Below, piece after piece: positions 1-10,300 of a stretch of 64,000 bases of DNA (its first letter is position 1; each line of letters opens with the position of its first letter). Under the pieces are notes generated by a model. That model searched no databases and had not been told where the DNA came from. It worked only from the letters and a program-made list of their open reading frames with translations. Where the stretch lies: NCBI GenBank assembly GCA_905480575.1, contig CAJQQZ010000046.1, forward strand, positions 556 to 64,555. The letters run 5' to 3'. The translations under genes were made by a program, and so were the position numbers. The stretch comes from an uncultured Alphaproteobacteria bacterium. GTDB taxonomy: Bacteria; Pseudomonadota; Alphaproteobacteria; UBA7985; CAJQQZ01.

Positions 1-473
1 TGGCCCCAAGACGTCATCAATTCTTCTGCGAGCCAATCATCTTTCGAAGCAGCATCAACCAAAGCTGGATGAACTGGCATTGATGGAGCAGCACCGACCA
101 GGATCATTTTTTCGAGGCGGTTAGGATATGTTGCTGCGACCTCCAAACCAATCAACGTCCCCATCGAGTGCCCCACTAGGACTGCTTTCTCGATCTTCAT
201 GGCGTCCAGAAAATCAACCACCCAGTCACCGTAAGCCGCAATCGTTGTTGGCGCTTCACCGGCCGATTGGTTAGGTGATCCTACCGGACCGTGGGCGGGT
301 AAGTTAACAGATAGCGAATTGTAATCGTGATAGGCAAAGTAACGTGCCTGTGCTGCCCAGGCTGATTGTTCCATGGCAGCGCCATGTACGAAAACGATCG
401 AAGGCTTTGCCGGGTCGAAAGTTTGACCGTTCAAATTCACAAAAGTTTTGTGGCCCTTAACTTCTACAAACAT
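1..473 (-). CDS. alpha/beta-fold hydrolase, 3' end runs off the window
   Basis: Not in the ORF track. Manual translation from ATG at 473 (GGAGG upstream) gives MFVEVKGHKTF..VFVHGAAM..LVGHSMGTLIGLEVAATYPNRL, with HG oxyanion and GxSxG motifs. Confidence 0.85.
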   Translation of the reverse strand, partial: MFVEVKGHKTFVNLNGQTFDPAKPSIVFVHGAAMEQSAWAAQARYFAYHDYNSLSVNLPAHGPVGSPNQSAGEAPTTIAAYGDWVVDFLDAMKIEKAVLVGHSMGTLIGLEVAATYPNRLEKMILVGAAPSMPVHPALVDAASKDDWLAEELMTSWG

Positions 474-482
474 TCCGGCCTC

Positions 483-1775
483 CTATTTCTGGCTGGCGCG
501 CAGAGCACCAGCAAAATCGTTGATAATATCACTGGGGTCTTCAAGCCCGATGGATAGACGAATGAGATCTGAACCAACACCCGCTAAGGCCAACTGCTCT
601 TCACTCAGCTGACTGTGAGTGGTCGAGGCAGGGTGGAGAACCAAGGTCTTAGCATCGCCGACGTTTGCCAAATGAGAGGACATAACACAGTTTTCAATGA
701 ATTTTTTACCTGCTTCGCGACCACCTTTCACACCGAAGGCAATGACCGAACCAGCGCCTTTAGGCAGCATCTTCTTACCCAGTTCGTGATCAGGATGGTC
801 CTTCATTTCAGGGTGCTGGATCCAAGACACCGCATCATTTTTTGAAAGCGCTTCGATGACAGCCCTGGTGTTGGACATGTGCTTTTCCATCCGCAGCGGC
901 AAAGTCTCTAGACCTTGTGTGATATAGAAAGCATTTTGCGGGCTAAGGCAGGCACCAAAATCTCTGAGGCCTTCTGTGCGGGCTCGCATGATGAACGCCA
1001 AAGGACCGAAGGTTTCAACATAATCAAGGTTGTTGTAGCCAGGGTATGGTTCCGTCATTGTCGGGAACTTGCCGGAAGCTTCCCAATCAAAGCGCCCTGC
1101 ATCGACAAGAACACCACCCATGGCAACACCATGACCGCCCATCCATTTGGTCGCGGAGTGCATGACAATGTCGGCACCGTGGTCGATAGGTTTGAACAAA
1201 GGTGGTGGTGTAAAAGTGCTATCGATCATCAAAGGTAGGCCGTTGTCGTGAGCGATTTTGGCAACCGCTTCAACATTCATGATCTCCATGCCCGGATTAC
1301 CGACGACCTCACCAAACAACAGCTTTGTATTGGGTTGGATTGCAGCAGCAAATTCTTCTGGCTTCTGAGGATCCACAAATGTTGTTGTGATGCCGAAACG
1401 AGGCATTGTTAGACGAAAGAAATTCGCTGACCCACCGTAGAGCTTGTTAGAAGCCACAATGTGATCGCCCGCACTCATCAAGGTGACGATAGCCAAATGC
1501 AAAGCAGCGTGGCCACTAGATGTAGCAACTGCACCTACGCCGCCATCCAATGCTGCGGCTCGTTCTTCAAGGGCAGCCACGGTAGGGTTGGATATGCGTG
1601 CATAAATATGCCCGGGCCTCTCGAGATTAAACAGTGAGGCCGCGTAGTCAGGACTCTCAAAACCGTAAGCGGTCGTTTGGTAAATGGGCAGCGCCCGAGA
1701 ATTGGTTTCTCGGTCATATTTTTGCCCGGCGTGCAGCGCCAAAGTGTCCGGCTTATAAAATCTTGGGTCGACCAT
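483..1775 (-). CDS. metY: O-acetylhomoserine aminocarboxypropyltransferase / sulfhydrylase (Cys/Met metabolism PLP enzyme)
   Basis: [25 protein letters not shown] (PLP Lys), [28 protein letters not shown] motifs. Confidence 0.88.
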   Translation of the reverse strand: MVDPRFYKPDTLALHAGQKYDRETNSRALPIYQTTAYGFESPDYAASLFNLERPGHIYARISNPTVAALEERAAALDGGVGAVATSSGHAALHLAIVTLMSAGDHIVASNKLYGGSANFFRLTMPRFGITTTFVDPQKPEEFAAAIQPNTKLLFGEVVGNPGMEIMNVEAVAKIAHDNGLPLMIDSTFTPPPLFKPIDHGADIVMHSATKWMGGHGVAMGGVLVDAGRFDWEASGKFPTMTEPYPGYNNLDYVETFGPLAFIMRARTEGLRDFGACLSPQNAFYITQGLETLPLRMEKHMSNTRAVIEALSKNDAVSWIQHPEMKDHPDHELGKKMLPKGAGSVIAFGVKGGREAGKKFIENCVMSSHLANVGDAKTLVLHPASTTHSQLSEEQLALAGVGSDLIRLSIGLEDPSDIINDFAGALRASQK

Positions 1776-1920
1776 AAGAGTGCTCCTCAGAGGTAAATCG
1801 TCGGCTGAAGTTCAAAATCAATGACTTCTTTTTCATGTTTGAGGTTAATTATCCAGAGCAAAGATAAAATATATGCGATAGAATCAAAGTTCTCGAACAA
1901 ACACTCAGCGAGGAAGAACA

Positions 1921-2313
1921 ATGCTAACCACTGCTCTCTATGCCGGTCTTCTAGGCCTGATTTTTTTCTTTTTGTCAGCTGCCGTGATTTCAGGTCGTCG
2001 CAAACATGGGATCTCACTTCTGGATGGGGGCAACAACGATTTCGCTCGCACAATTCGAGGTCATGCCAATTTCGCCGAATACGTGCCTATCACACTCATT
2101 TTGATGGGTATTGGTGAAGTGAATGGAAGCCCACTCACGTTCTTGCATGTCGTGGGCTTGGCTTTGCTGGTCGGACGTATCGCTCATGCCTGGGCTTTTC
2201 TTTATGGCCCCAACATTTTCGCACGCCAAGTCGGCATGCTGTTAACTTTTGCTGCTTTGGGCATCGCTGCTGCCAATTGCATCTATCAAGGCCTACCCGT
2301 TATCTCAGGATAA
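1921..2313 (+). CDS. MAPEG family membrane protein
   Basis: RGHANFAEYVP and GRIAHA motifs; hydrophobic helices. Confidence 0.85.
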   Translation: MLTTALYAGLLGLIFFFLSAAVISGRRKHGISLLDGGNNDFARTIRGHANFAEYVPITLILMGIGEVNGSPLTFLHVVGLALLVGRIAHAWAFLYGPNIFARQVGMLLTFAALGIAAANCIYQGLPVISG

Positions 2314-2393
2314 TCAAACCCGCTAGACAATTTGGTTAAACGACCTATCCTTGTGAAAAAGGGGCGGTTCTGCCTCTGTTGTGGAGAACCGCA

Positions 2394-3284
2394 TTGCCAA
2401 TTCAGAACTACTTGACCGCTGTCCTATTGGCGCTTTGCGCCTCTGCTCTCCTGCCTTTGACGGGTGCCATTGGCAAAGCCTTAACGCCGGAAATTCCCGC
2501 TATCCAGGTGGTGTGGGCGAGGTACTTTGGTCACTTCACCCTGATTTTACCCATCGTTCTCTACCGGTTTGGATTTAGGAGCCTTTGGCCTGAAAAGGCT
2601 GGATGGCAGCTCACACGAGGCTTGTTGCTTTGTACCGGTACGTTGAGTTTCTTTACCGGGGTTCACGCCACACCTTTTGGACTGGCCTTAGCGTTATTCT
2701 ATGTCGCCCCTTTAGCTGTTGCCGTTTACTCTTTCTTCTTCCTTGGCGAAAAAGTCGGGCCAAGACGGTGGATTGCAGTTGGTATCGGTTTTGTTGGAGC
2801 CTTGGTCATCCTGAGACCTGGTCCTGACGCACTTCAACTAATATCCTGGCTCTGCCTCTTCGCTGGATTTTGCATAGGTGGGTATCTGACGATCACGAGG
2901 GCCATTGCCGGGACTTCGCCGCCATTTGTATCCCTTGTACTCACGGCTGTCGTTGGCACCGTTGTTACGTCAGCAATGGTGCCCTTCGTTTGGGTCACTC
3001 CGACCGAAAGCTATCAAGTGCTGTTTTTGGTTGCGATCGCTGTTATCGCAGCGGCGGGACACTGGTTCTTGATCATGGCTTTTGAGCGCGCAGATGCAAG
3101 TTCGCTGGCGCCGTTGGGATACATTGAGATTGTCTCAGCAGCCTTCATGGGCATGTGGTTTTTCAACGATACAATTGATTTCATATCTTGGATCGGCGTT
3201 TCTATCATTGTATCCGCCGGTCTCTACTTAGCCATCCGAGAGTTTAGGCTCTCTCGATTGAAACAGGAAATTCAAAATGACTGA
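2394..3284 (+). CDS. DMT/EamA family transporter
   Basis: About 10 TM helices; QVVWARY and LGEKVGPRRW motifs. TTG start at 2394 chosen because GGAG lies at 2383-2386 (ORF track start 2379). Confidence 0.85.
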   Translation: MPIQNYLTAVLLALCASALLPLTGAIGKALTPEIPAIQVVWARYFGHFTLILPIVLYRFGFRSLWPEKAGWQLTRGLLLCTGTLSFFTGVHATPFGLALALFYVAPLAVAVYSFFFLGEKVGPRRWIAVGIGFVGALVILRPGPDALQLISWLCLFAGFCIGGYLTITRAIAGTSPPFVSLVLTAVVGTVVTSAMVPFVWVTPTESYQVLFLVAIAVIAAAGHWFLIMAFERADASSLAPLGYIEIVSAAFMGMWFFNDTIDFISWIGVSIIVSAGLYLAIREFRLSRLKQEIQND

Positions 3285-3837
3285 TGCTCGACTTCCTAAC
3301 ATCCGAAAGATCGTCACTCTTCGCGAAGAAACTCTGCAAGATTCTGGCAGGCAAATCGTGGGCAAGAAGGACAAAGTGACAGTAGCAGCTGTGATAAAAA
3401 ATCCCTACGCAGGGCGTTACGTCGAGGACATGGAGCCACTTTACGATCTCGGTAAAAATCTGAGTGGTCAGTTGGCCGAGAAAGGCGTCATCGCTTTGGG
3501 TGTCAAACCAGAAGAAGTAACAGGATACGGCAAGGGTGCCATCGTTGGGGTTGACGGAGAGATCGAACACGCCGCCGCGATTATGCACCCTCGTTTTGGT
3601 GCCCCCGTTCGGAAAGCCGTTGGCAAAGGTGATGACATTATTCCTTCAACAAAGAAAGTCGGTGCTCCAGGATCAACCATCGTCATGCCCATAACTAACA
3701 AAGATTCTATTTGGGTTTTCGATGATATGGACGCGATGGAAATCTCTATCCCTGATGCCCCAAAGGCCGATGAAATTGTCGTCGCCGTTGTCTTAGCAAT
3801 CGGTGGCCGCCCACTCGCCCGCACCAAAGCAGACTAG
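3277..3837 (+). CDS. amino acid synthesis family protein (DUF1185/AA_synth)
   Basis: AAVIKNPYAGRYVED, YGKGAIVGVDGEIEHAAA, DAPKADEIVV and GGRP motifs. Confidence 0.85.
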   Translation: MTDARLPNIRKIVTLREETLQDSGRQIVGKKDKVTVAAVIKNPYAGRYVEDMEPLYDLGKNLSGQLAEKGVIALGVKPEEVTGYGKGAIVGVDGEIEHAAAIMHPRFGAPVRKAVGKGDDIIPSTKKVGAPGSTIVMPITNKDSIWVFDDMDAMEISIPDAPKADEIVVAVVLAIGGRPLARTKAD

Positions 3838-3848
3838 AGGACAAATTG

Positions 3849-4154
3849 ATGTTCAAAGCTATGATCCTACTGAAACGAAATCCTGATATGGCTTATGAAG
3901 ATTTCGTTACCTGGTGGTTGAAAGACCACTCTGAATTAGCCGCTCAACTTCCCAAACTAAAGAAAGCGGTGTTCAACTTGATCGAGGGAGACGGGTCTGA
4001 TGAGTATGATGGTGTCTCAGAATTGTGGTTCGACAATCAGGCCGACTTTGAAGCCGCTTACGCTTCAGAAATCGGCAAAGGCGTCGCAGCTGATTCATTG
4101 TCAAAAGTCTCTAAACGTATCCGTTTCTTCATCAACGAACATCAGATCAAATAG
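3849..4154 (+). CDS. EthD family reductase/dehydratase-like protein
   Basis: LLKRNPDM..WW..H and YDGVSELWFD motifs. Confidence 0.8.
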   Translation: MFKAMILLKRNPDMAYEDFVTWWLKDHSELAAQLPKLKKAVFNLIEGDGSDEYDGVSELWFDNQADFEAAYASEIGKGVAADSLSKVSKRIRFFINEHQIK

Positions 4155-4328
4155 CAACGCGAAAAGGCTATCTTGTCTTTTCCATAGATTTGTCGATTCG
4201 CGCCACGCCAACTCCATTGCAGTTGCAATGGGTTCCGGCTTATAAAGCGTGAGATGCGAACCACGGCAAAGCCTTGCTCTTGTCATTGTTGGTTCATTCC
4301 TTTGAAGAAGATCAGAAACTAGAGGTTC

Positions 4329-5741
4329 ATGACTATGAGTGCACCGCGCACGCTCTTTGATAAAATTTGGGATAGCCACGTCGTTGAAAAAAGAGATGAT
4401 GGCAGTTTTCTGATCTACATTGACAGACACCTTGTCCACGAAGTGACAAGCCCGCAGGCTTTTGAAGGCCTGAGAATGGCAGGCCGCCAGGTGCGTCGCC
4501 CAGAGTTTACCTTGGCCGTGCCAGATCACAACGTGCCCACTTCTAACCGTGCCGCTGGCATTGAAGATGAAGAGAGCCGCATTCAAGTCGATACACTTCG
4601 TCAGAACTGTTCCGATTTCAATGTGCCTTTGTTTGATATGGAAGACCCACGCCAGGGCATCGTACACATCATTGGACCAGAGCAAGGCTTCACACAGCCT
4701 GGCATGACCATCGTTTGCGGCGACAGCCATACAGCGACACACGGTGCTTTTGGCGCTTTAGCCTTTGGCATTGGCACTTCCGAAGTTGAACACGTCCTTG
4801 CGACACAAACTTTGGTTCAAAAGCCAGCCAAGAACATGTTGATCTCTGTCGACGGAGAACTTTCTGTTGGTGCAACCGCTAAAGATATCATCCTTGCGAT
4901 TATCGGCAAGATTGGTACCGCTGGTGGCACTGGCTACGTTATGGAATACGCTGGCGACGCAATCCGCAATCTCAGCATGGAAGGTCGCATGACGATCTGT
5001 AACATGTCGATTGAAGGCGGTGCACGCGCTGGATTGATTGCACCTGATCAAACAACATTCGACTATATCCAGGGTCGCCCAATGGCACCAAAGGGTGATG
5101 ATTGGGATAAGGCTGTTGCTTATTGGAGCAGCTTGCCTTCTGACGCCGGTGCAAAATATGACCTGGAAGTTAGATTAAACGCTGCTGACATCGCACCACA
5201 GGTCACTTGGGGAACAAGCCCACAGGATGTTGCACCAATCAACGGTAAGGTTCCTGATCCAGCCGACGAGCAAGACGAAAACCGCCGCTCAGCCATGGAA
5301 CGCTCACTTGAGTACATGGGGCTAGAAGCTGGTAAGGCTGTCGCTGACATCGCGGTTGATACTGTCTTTATCGGCTCTTGCACAAATGGGCGCATCGAAG
5401 ATTTACGTGCTGCGGCGACAATCGCTAAGGGCCGCAAGGTAGCCGACGGTATCCGCGCGATGGTTGTCCCAGGTTCTGGCTTGGTTAAAGTCCAGGCTGA
5501 AGAAGAAGGTCTCGATGCTGTCTTCAAAGAAGCTGGTTTTGACTGGCGTGAGCCTGGTTGTTCTATGTGCCTTGCCATGAATGCAGACAAACTATCCGTT
5601 GGCGAGCGTTGCGCATCAACTTCCAACCGTAACTTCGAAGGTCGTCAGGGCCGCGGTGGCAGAACGCATCTTGTCAGTCCAGCGATGGCAGCTGCAGCGG
5701 CGATCGAAGGTCGTTTGGCCGACGTTCGCGACTTCGAATAA
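4329..5741 (+). CDS. leuC: 3-isopropylmalate dehydratase large subunit
   Basis: [31 protein letters not shown] and [12 protein letters not shown] motifs. Confidence 0.98.
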   Translation: MTMSAPRTLFDKIWDSHVVEKRDDGSFLIYIDRHLVHEVTSPQAFEGLRMAGRQVRRPEFTLAVPDHNVPTSNRAAGIEDEESRIQVDTLRQNCSDFNVPLFDMEDPRQGIVHIIGPEQGFTQPGMTIVCGDSHTATHGAFGALAFGIGTSEVEHVLATQTLVQKPAKNMLISVDGELSVGATAKDIILAIIGKIGTAGGTGYVMEYAGDAIRNLSMEGRMTICNMSIEGGARAGLIAPDQTTFDYIQGRPMAPKGDDWDKAVAYWSSLPSDAGAKYDLEVRLNAADIAPQVTWGTSPQDVAPINGKVPDPADEQDENRRSAMERSLEYMGLEAGKAVADIAVDTVFIGSCTNGRIEDLRAAATIAKGRKVADGIRAMVVPGSGLVKVQAEEEGLDAVFKEAGFDWREPGCSMCLAMNADKLSVGERCASTSNRNFEGRQGRGGRTHLVSPAMAAAAAIEGRLADVRDFE

Positions 5742-5775
5742 ATATCACCAGTTCTTTAGGGGAAAGATCAAGTCT

Positions 5776-6372
5776 ATGTTTCAGAGCTTAAAAGCATTGC
5801 GTGTTGTCGCGCTCTTGATGTCCCCTTTGGCACTAGTTGCTTGTGAAGATGAGTTCTCGTCACTGCCTAGTGGTGGTTCACCACACCAGGAGATCGTTTG
5901 TAAGAATTCTTTTGGCTCTGGCTTTTACATTGCTCCAAACTTGGTGCTGACTGCGGCACACGTCTTGCCTTACAAAAAGTGTAAGATCGAGATGGGCGAA
6001 GACAGTGGTAAATTGGTTTGGAAGGACACAAAACGCGATATTGCCGTTGTCTATGTCAAAGGCAAAAAAGCGAGCTTCTATCCTTACCAGTGCGAACTTC
6101 CGAAGGAAGGTTCCTACGTCAAGCTGAACTCAGGCGAAGCGATCAAAAAGGGCCGCATCCTTAGCCATAACCCCGACATTGTTGGGAACTACTTCCAGAC
6201 TGATATCTCAGTACGCTATGGCGAGTCCGGTTCTCCTTTGTTCCACGAAGACGCTGTGATTGGAGTTTTAAACTTCACAAACTTCGACGATGGTACGCTC
6301 TCTTACTATCGTCCGATTGGTGATTTCTGTTCGAAGCTTAACAGCCTGAAGAAAAAATACGCCGGCAAATAG
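5776..6372 (+). CDS. trypsin-like (S1) serine protease lipoprotein
   Basis: From ATG 5776: signal peptide with lipobox LVAC; GSGF, LTAAH, DIAV and GESGSPL give the His-Asp-Ser triad. Confidence 0.8.
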   Translation: MFQSLKALRVVALLMSPLALVACEDEFSSLPSGGSPHQEIVCKNSFGSGFYIAPNLVLTAAHVLPYKKCKIEMGEDSGKLVWKDTKRDIAVVYVKGKKASFYPYQCELPKEGSYVKLNSGEAIKKGRILSHNPDIVGNYFQTDISVRYGESGSPLFHEDAVIGVLNFTNFDDGTLSYYRPIGDFCSKLNSLKKKYAGK

Positions 6373-6408
6373 GCCAGCTTTACGATTTGAATTAATGAGG
6401 TTCCTAAA

Positions 6409-7014
6409 ATGGAAAAGTTAGACAAACACAGTGGCGTTTCAGCACCTTTGAACTTGGTCAATATCGACACAGATATGATCATTCCAAAGCAGTTTCTAAA
6501 AACGATTAAACGCACTGGTCTGTCAGAGGGGCTCTTTTTCGAAATGCGTTTCGACGAAGCGGGAAACAAAAAAGAAGATTTCGTTCTGCATCAACCGCAG
6601 TACGAAGGAGCTTCCGTATTGGTAGCAGGCCAAAATTTTGGTTGTGGATCAAGCCGCGAGCATGCTCCATGGGCATTGCTTGATTGGGGCTTCCGTGTTG
6701 TGATTGCGTCCAGCTTCGCTGATATTTTCTACAACAACTGCTTCAACAACGGCATTCTACCTTTAGCGCTGCCTCAGAGCCAAGTCGATGAATTGATGAA
6801 GGATGCCAACCAAGCTGGCCGCCTGAAAATTGACGTCGAAGCCCAGACAATCACGCGCCCAAATGGCGATAGTTTTTCCTTTGATCTTGATCCAGCCCTA
6901 AAGCATCGCATGATCAACGGCCTAGATAACGTTGGCATGACTTTGGAGAACACTGACTCTATTGCAGCGTTTGAAGAAAAGAATGCTGCTGAGTGCCCTT
7001 GGCTTGCGGCTTAA
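6409..7014 (+). CDS. leuD: 3-isopropylmalate dehydratase small subunit
   Basis: [28 protein letters not shown] and SFADIFYNN motifs. Confidence 0.98.
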   Translation: MEKLDKHSGVSAPLNLVNIDTDMIIPKQFLKTIKRTGLSEGLFFEMRFDEAGNKKEDFVLHQPQYEGASVLVAGQNFGCGSSREHAPWALLDWGFRVVIASSFADIFYNNCFNNGILPLALPQSQVDELMKDANQAGRLKIDVEAQTITRPNGDSFSFDLDPALKHRMINGLDNVGMTLENTDSIAAFEEKNAAECPWLAA

Positions 7015-7022
7015 TGCTGCGC

Positions 7023-7051
7023 TTGCCACTAGCACAAAGCTTCTCTATTAA
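7023..7051 (+). promoter_or_regulatory. putative sigma70 promoter of leuB
   Basis: TTGCCA-N17-TATTAA about 30 nt before the leuB ATG. Confidence 0.45.
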
Positions 7052-7081
7052 CGGCTGCGAATAACTCAACGAAGGTTTTCC

Positions 7082-8197
7082 ATGTCTACGAACGCATACA
7101 AAGTTCTTGTTTTACCAGGTGATGGTATTGGCCCCGAAGTAATGACCGAAGTTACTCGTGTCATCGATTGGTTTGGTGAAAACCGTGGTTTAGAAGCCAA
7201 TCTTGATCACGATCTCGTCGGCGGTGTAGCTTACGACAAAACGGGTCAACCGATCACAGATGCCTGCATGGAGAAAGCTCTCAACGCTGATGCGGTTATG
7301 TTCGGTGCCGTTGGCGGTCCCCAGTATGACAACCTCCCCTTTGAGAGCAAGCCGGAGCGTGGCCTTCTTCGCCTTCGCAAAGACCTTGAGCTCTTCGCTA
7401 ACTTGCGCCCAGCGCTGTGTTTCGACGCTTTAACTGAAGCCTCATCGCTCAAGCCAGAGCTTGTTGCTGGGTTGGACATCTTAATCGTACGCGAGCTAAC
7501 CGGAGGTGTTTACTTTGGCGAGCCTCGAGGCATCGAAGATCTCGGCAATGGGCAACGTCGAGGCGTGGACACACAAGTCTATGACACAGAAGAAATTCGC
7601 CGTGTTTGCCGAGTTGCTTTCGAGCTGGCCAAGAAACGTCGTAACCTGGTACATTCTGCCGAGAAATCCAACGTCATGCACACCGGTGTAATGTGGCGCC
7701 AGGAAGTGCACAAACTGCACGAAGAAGAGTTCTCTGACGTAGAATTGCAAGACATCCTGGCAGATAACTGCGCCATGCAGCTCGTGCGAGCGCCTAAACA
7801 GTTTGATGTTATTGTGACAGACAACCTATTTGGTGACATTCTGTCGGACGTTGCAGCGATGTTAACAGGGTCGCTTGGCATGTTGCCTTCCGCATCACTT
7901 GGTGCACCAGACTCTGCGGGTAAATCTAAAGCAATGTACGAGCCTGTCCATGGCTCTGCTCCTGATATCGCCGGTGAAGGCAAAGCCAATCCTTTGGCCT
8001 GCTTGCTCTCCTTCTCCATGGCGCTTCGCTATTCGTTTGATCGTGGCGAAGATGCTGATCTTTTGGATGCAGCTGTGAATGACGTGCTTGCAAGTGGTAA
8101 GCGCACGCTCGACATCGCAACACCAACAAGTGAAAAAGTTTCAACGACTCAAATGGGCGAAGCAGTTCTGCACGCCCTTAAAACAAAGACTAGCTAG
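7082..8197 (+). CDS. leuB: 3-isopropylmalate dehydrogenase
   Basis: [27 protein letters not shown] and [12 protein letters not shown] motifs. Confidence 0.98.
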   Translation: MSTNAYKVLVLPGDGIGPEVMTEVTRVIDWFGENRGLEANLDHDLVGGVAYDKTGQPITDACMEKALNADAVMFGAVGGPQYDNLPFESKPERGLLRLRKDLELFANLRPALCFDALTEASSLKPELVAGLDILIVRELTGGVYFGEPRGIEDLGNGQRRGVDTQVYDTEEIRRVCRVAFELAKKRRNLVHSAEKSNVMHTGVMWRQEVHKLHEEEFSDVELQDILADNCAMQLVRAPKQFDVIVTDNLFGDILSDVAAMLTGSLGMLPSASLGAPDSAGKSKAMYEPVHGSAPDIAGEGKANPLACLLSFSMALRYSFDRGEDADLLDAAVNDVLASGKRTLDIATPTSEKVSTTQMGEAVLHALKTKTS

Positions 8198-8207
8198 AAA
8201 TTCACCC

Positions 8208-8244
8208 TGCCCTTTTGTGATGTCCACAAGAGGGCATCACAAAA
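8208..8244. repeat. overlapping inverted repeats forming two alternative stem-loops after leuB
   Basis: TGCCCTTTTGTG/CACAAGAGGGCA and TTTTGTGATGTCC/GGGCATCACAAAA. Confidence 0.6.
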
Positions 8245-8411
8245 CCAGGACCATGAAAAATTTAATTTCTGATCTTAATCGCACCATTTCCATCTCTCGT
8301 AAGATGGCAGCACTTCGGTGCTTAGGCGAGACAGAGTGGCGGCGAAAACGCCGCCTGAAAACACTTTTCTAAACCCAATTTTCAGTTATTTCCAAACAAT
8401 GGAACACAAAC

Positions 8412-9431
8412 ATGTCTAGTTCATATAATGTCGCTGTCGTTGGCGCCACTGGCAACGTCGGCCGCGAAATCCTTAACACTCTTGATGAGCGTAATTTCCC
8501 TGTTAACGAAGTGCATGCTCTCGCATCTTCTCGCTCTGTGGGCCGCGAAGTCTCATTTGGTGAAGACGAGATTCTAAAGATCCAGTCGCTCGAAGACTTC
8601 GATTTTTCCGGCACTGATATTGCGCTCTTCTCACCAGGCGCCTCTATCTCAGCCGTCCATGCGCCACGTGCGGCGGCTGCCGGTTGCATTGTTATTGATA
8701 ACACCAGCCACTTCCGAATGGACCCCGACGTTCCTTTGATCGTGCCTGAAGTTAACCCGGAGGCACTCGCTGGTTATGTTCGCAAGAACATCATTGCGAA
8801 CCCTAATTGCTCAACCATCCAAATGCTGGTGGCGCTTAAGCCTCTCCATGACGTCAGCCCGATCAAACGTGTTGTCGTCTCTACTTACCAGTCCGTTTCT
8901 GGCGGCGGTAAAGAGAAGATGGACGAGCTGTTTAATCAAACCAAAGCCATCTACGTGAACGACCCGATCAAGAATGAACAGTTCACAAAACAAATTGCCT
9001 TCAACCTTATTCCACACATCGACGTCTTCATGGACGACGGTTCCACGAAAGAAGAGTGGAAGATGGTTGTTGAAACAAAGAAAATTCTTGATCCAAGTAT
9101 TAGAGTTGTCGCCACATGCGTACGCGCACCAGTCTTTATTGGCCACGCCGAAGCCGTGCATGTTGAGTTTGAAGACGAGATGACAGCCGATCAGGCCCGG
9201 GAAATCTTCAAAGAAGCCGATGGCATAGCGCTTGTCGATCAACGCGTCGATGGCGGTTACATGACCCCTCAGGAATGTGCCGGTGAGGATGCAGTCTTCA
9301 TTAGCCGTCTGCGAGATGACTATACTGTGGATCATGGTATCGCGTTCTGGTGTGTTTCCGATAACCTTCGTAAGGGAGCAGCACTGAACGCTGTCCAAAT
9401 CGCTGAATTGTTGGCTTCGGATTACCTATAA
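8412..9431 (+). CDS. asd: aspartate-semialdehyde dehydrogenase
   Basis: VGATGNVG, ANPNCSTIQM, STYQSVSGGG and DNLRKGAALN motifs. Confidence 0.98.
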   Translation: MSSSYNVAVVGATGNVGREILNTLDERNFPVNEVHALASSRSVGREVSFGEDEILKIQSLEDFDFSGTDIALFSPGASISAVHAPRAAAAGCIVIDNTSHFRMDPDVPLIVPEVNPEALAGYVRKNIIANPNCSTIQMLVALKPLHDVSPIKRVVVSTYQSVSGGGKEKMDELFNQTKAIYVNDPIKNEQFTKQIAFNLIPHIDVFMDDGSTKEEWKMVVETKKILDPSIRVVATCVRAPVFIGHAEAVHVEFEDEMTADQAREIFKEADGIALVDQRVDGGYMTPQECAGEDAVFISRLRDDYTVDHGIAFWCVSDNLRKGAALNAVQIAELLASDYL

Positions 9432-9433
9432 AC

Positions 9434-10300
9434 ATGGCGCTTTTTGATAGAATTCAGGCGGTCCAACAACGATCGCCTGGTTCTTTCATTCCATTCAGAA
9501 TCGAAAACGAAACTGTTGGATTCTTACCTACTGATCTTGCTTGGAGGCTTTCTACGACGTTTGACCAAGCTTTAGCTTTTGAAAACGACTGCCTCGTTTT
9601 CTGCTCCCTTGTTTCTGATTTTGAAGGCCGTTCGGCAGTTTTGGCCGAGGTTTCAGATTTCTTTCTCGAAAACAAACTCATGCCTAACCCTAGGAACGAG
9701 CTCTACCCGATCAAAAACAATTGGAACCAAACCCCTTTCGCATTGTTGGAAAGGAACGCTTCCATCCCGCTGGGCCTTGTCACCTATGGCGTTAACCTCA
9801 ATGCCTGGACCATCGACACAAAAGGGGAAAAGCTCCTTTGGGTTGGGAAGAGGTCTCTACAAAAGCAAACAGAGCCCGGAAAACTCGATCATATTGCGGC
9901 TGGTGGACAACCCGCCCACATCAGCCTCCACGCAAACATGGTGAAAGAAGCAGAGGAAGAAGCCTCAATTCCTCAAGAGTTGGCTCGTCTTTGCAAGCCT
10001 GTGGGGGCCGTCGTTGGCCATTACCATGATGAATATTGCCGTCGTTTTATCCACTACGACTTTGATTTGGAATTACCTCGCGAGTTCCAGCCAAAACCGC
10101 TTGATGGTGAGGTCGAGAACTTTCAGCTGATGTCACCAGAACAGATCATCCACCTATTACGGACGAGCGATGAATTTGACCTTGAATCAACGATAGCAAT
10201 CATTGATTGGCTCATTCGTCATGGTTTTGTTCATGCCGAAAACGAACCCGATTTCGATCATATCTATGCCGGCTTAAGAGCAGATCTCTTTCGGCTATAG
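9434..10300 (+). CDS. NUDIX hydrolase with N-terminal DUF4743-like domain
   Basis: RNELYP, LWVGKRS..K.TEPGKLDHIAAGG, Nudix box KEAEEEAS and DGEVENF. Confidence 0.82.
   Translation: MALFDRIQAVQQRSPGSFIPFRIENETVGFLPTDLAWRLSTTFDQALAFENDCLVFCSLVSDFEGRSAVLAEVSDFFLENKLMPNPRNELYPIKNNWNQTPFALLERNASIPLGLVTYGVNLNAWTIDTKGEKLLWVGKRSLQKQTEPGKLDHIAAGGQPAHISLHANMVKEAEEEASIPQELARLCKPVGAVVGHYHDEYCRRFIHYDFDLELPREFQPKPLDGEVENFQLMSPEQIIHLLRTSDEFDLESTIAIIDWLIRHGFVHAENEPDFDHIYAGLRADLFRL

Noticed and set aside
4155-4328. Possible leucine attenuator or leader peptide before leuC
   Set aside because: The short ORFs found (MGSGL; MRTTAKPCSC..) have no Leu run and there is no terminator.
5581-5775. N-terminal extension of the 263-aa protease ORF overlapping leuC
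   Set aside because: The signal peptide and lipobox begin at ATG 5776; the extension is just an open frame over the leuC 3' end.
10295-10300. Short 3' overlaps of convergent genes (also rsmA/gmk at 37288-37299)
   Set aside because: Ordinary in compact genomes.
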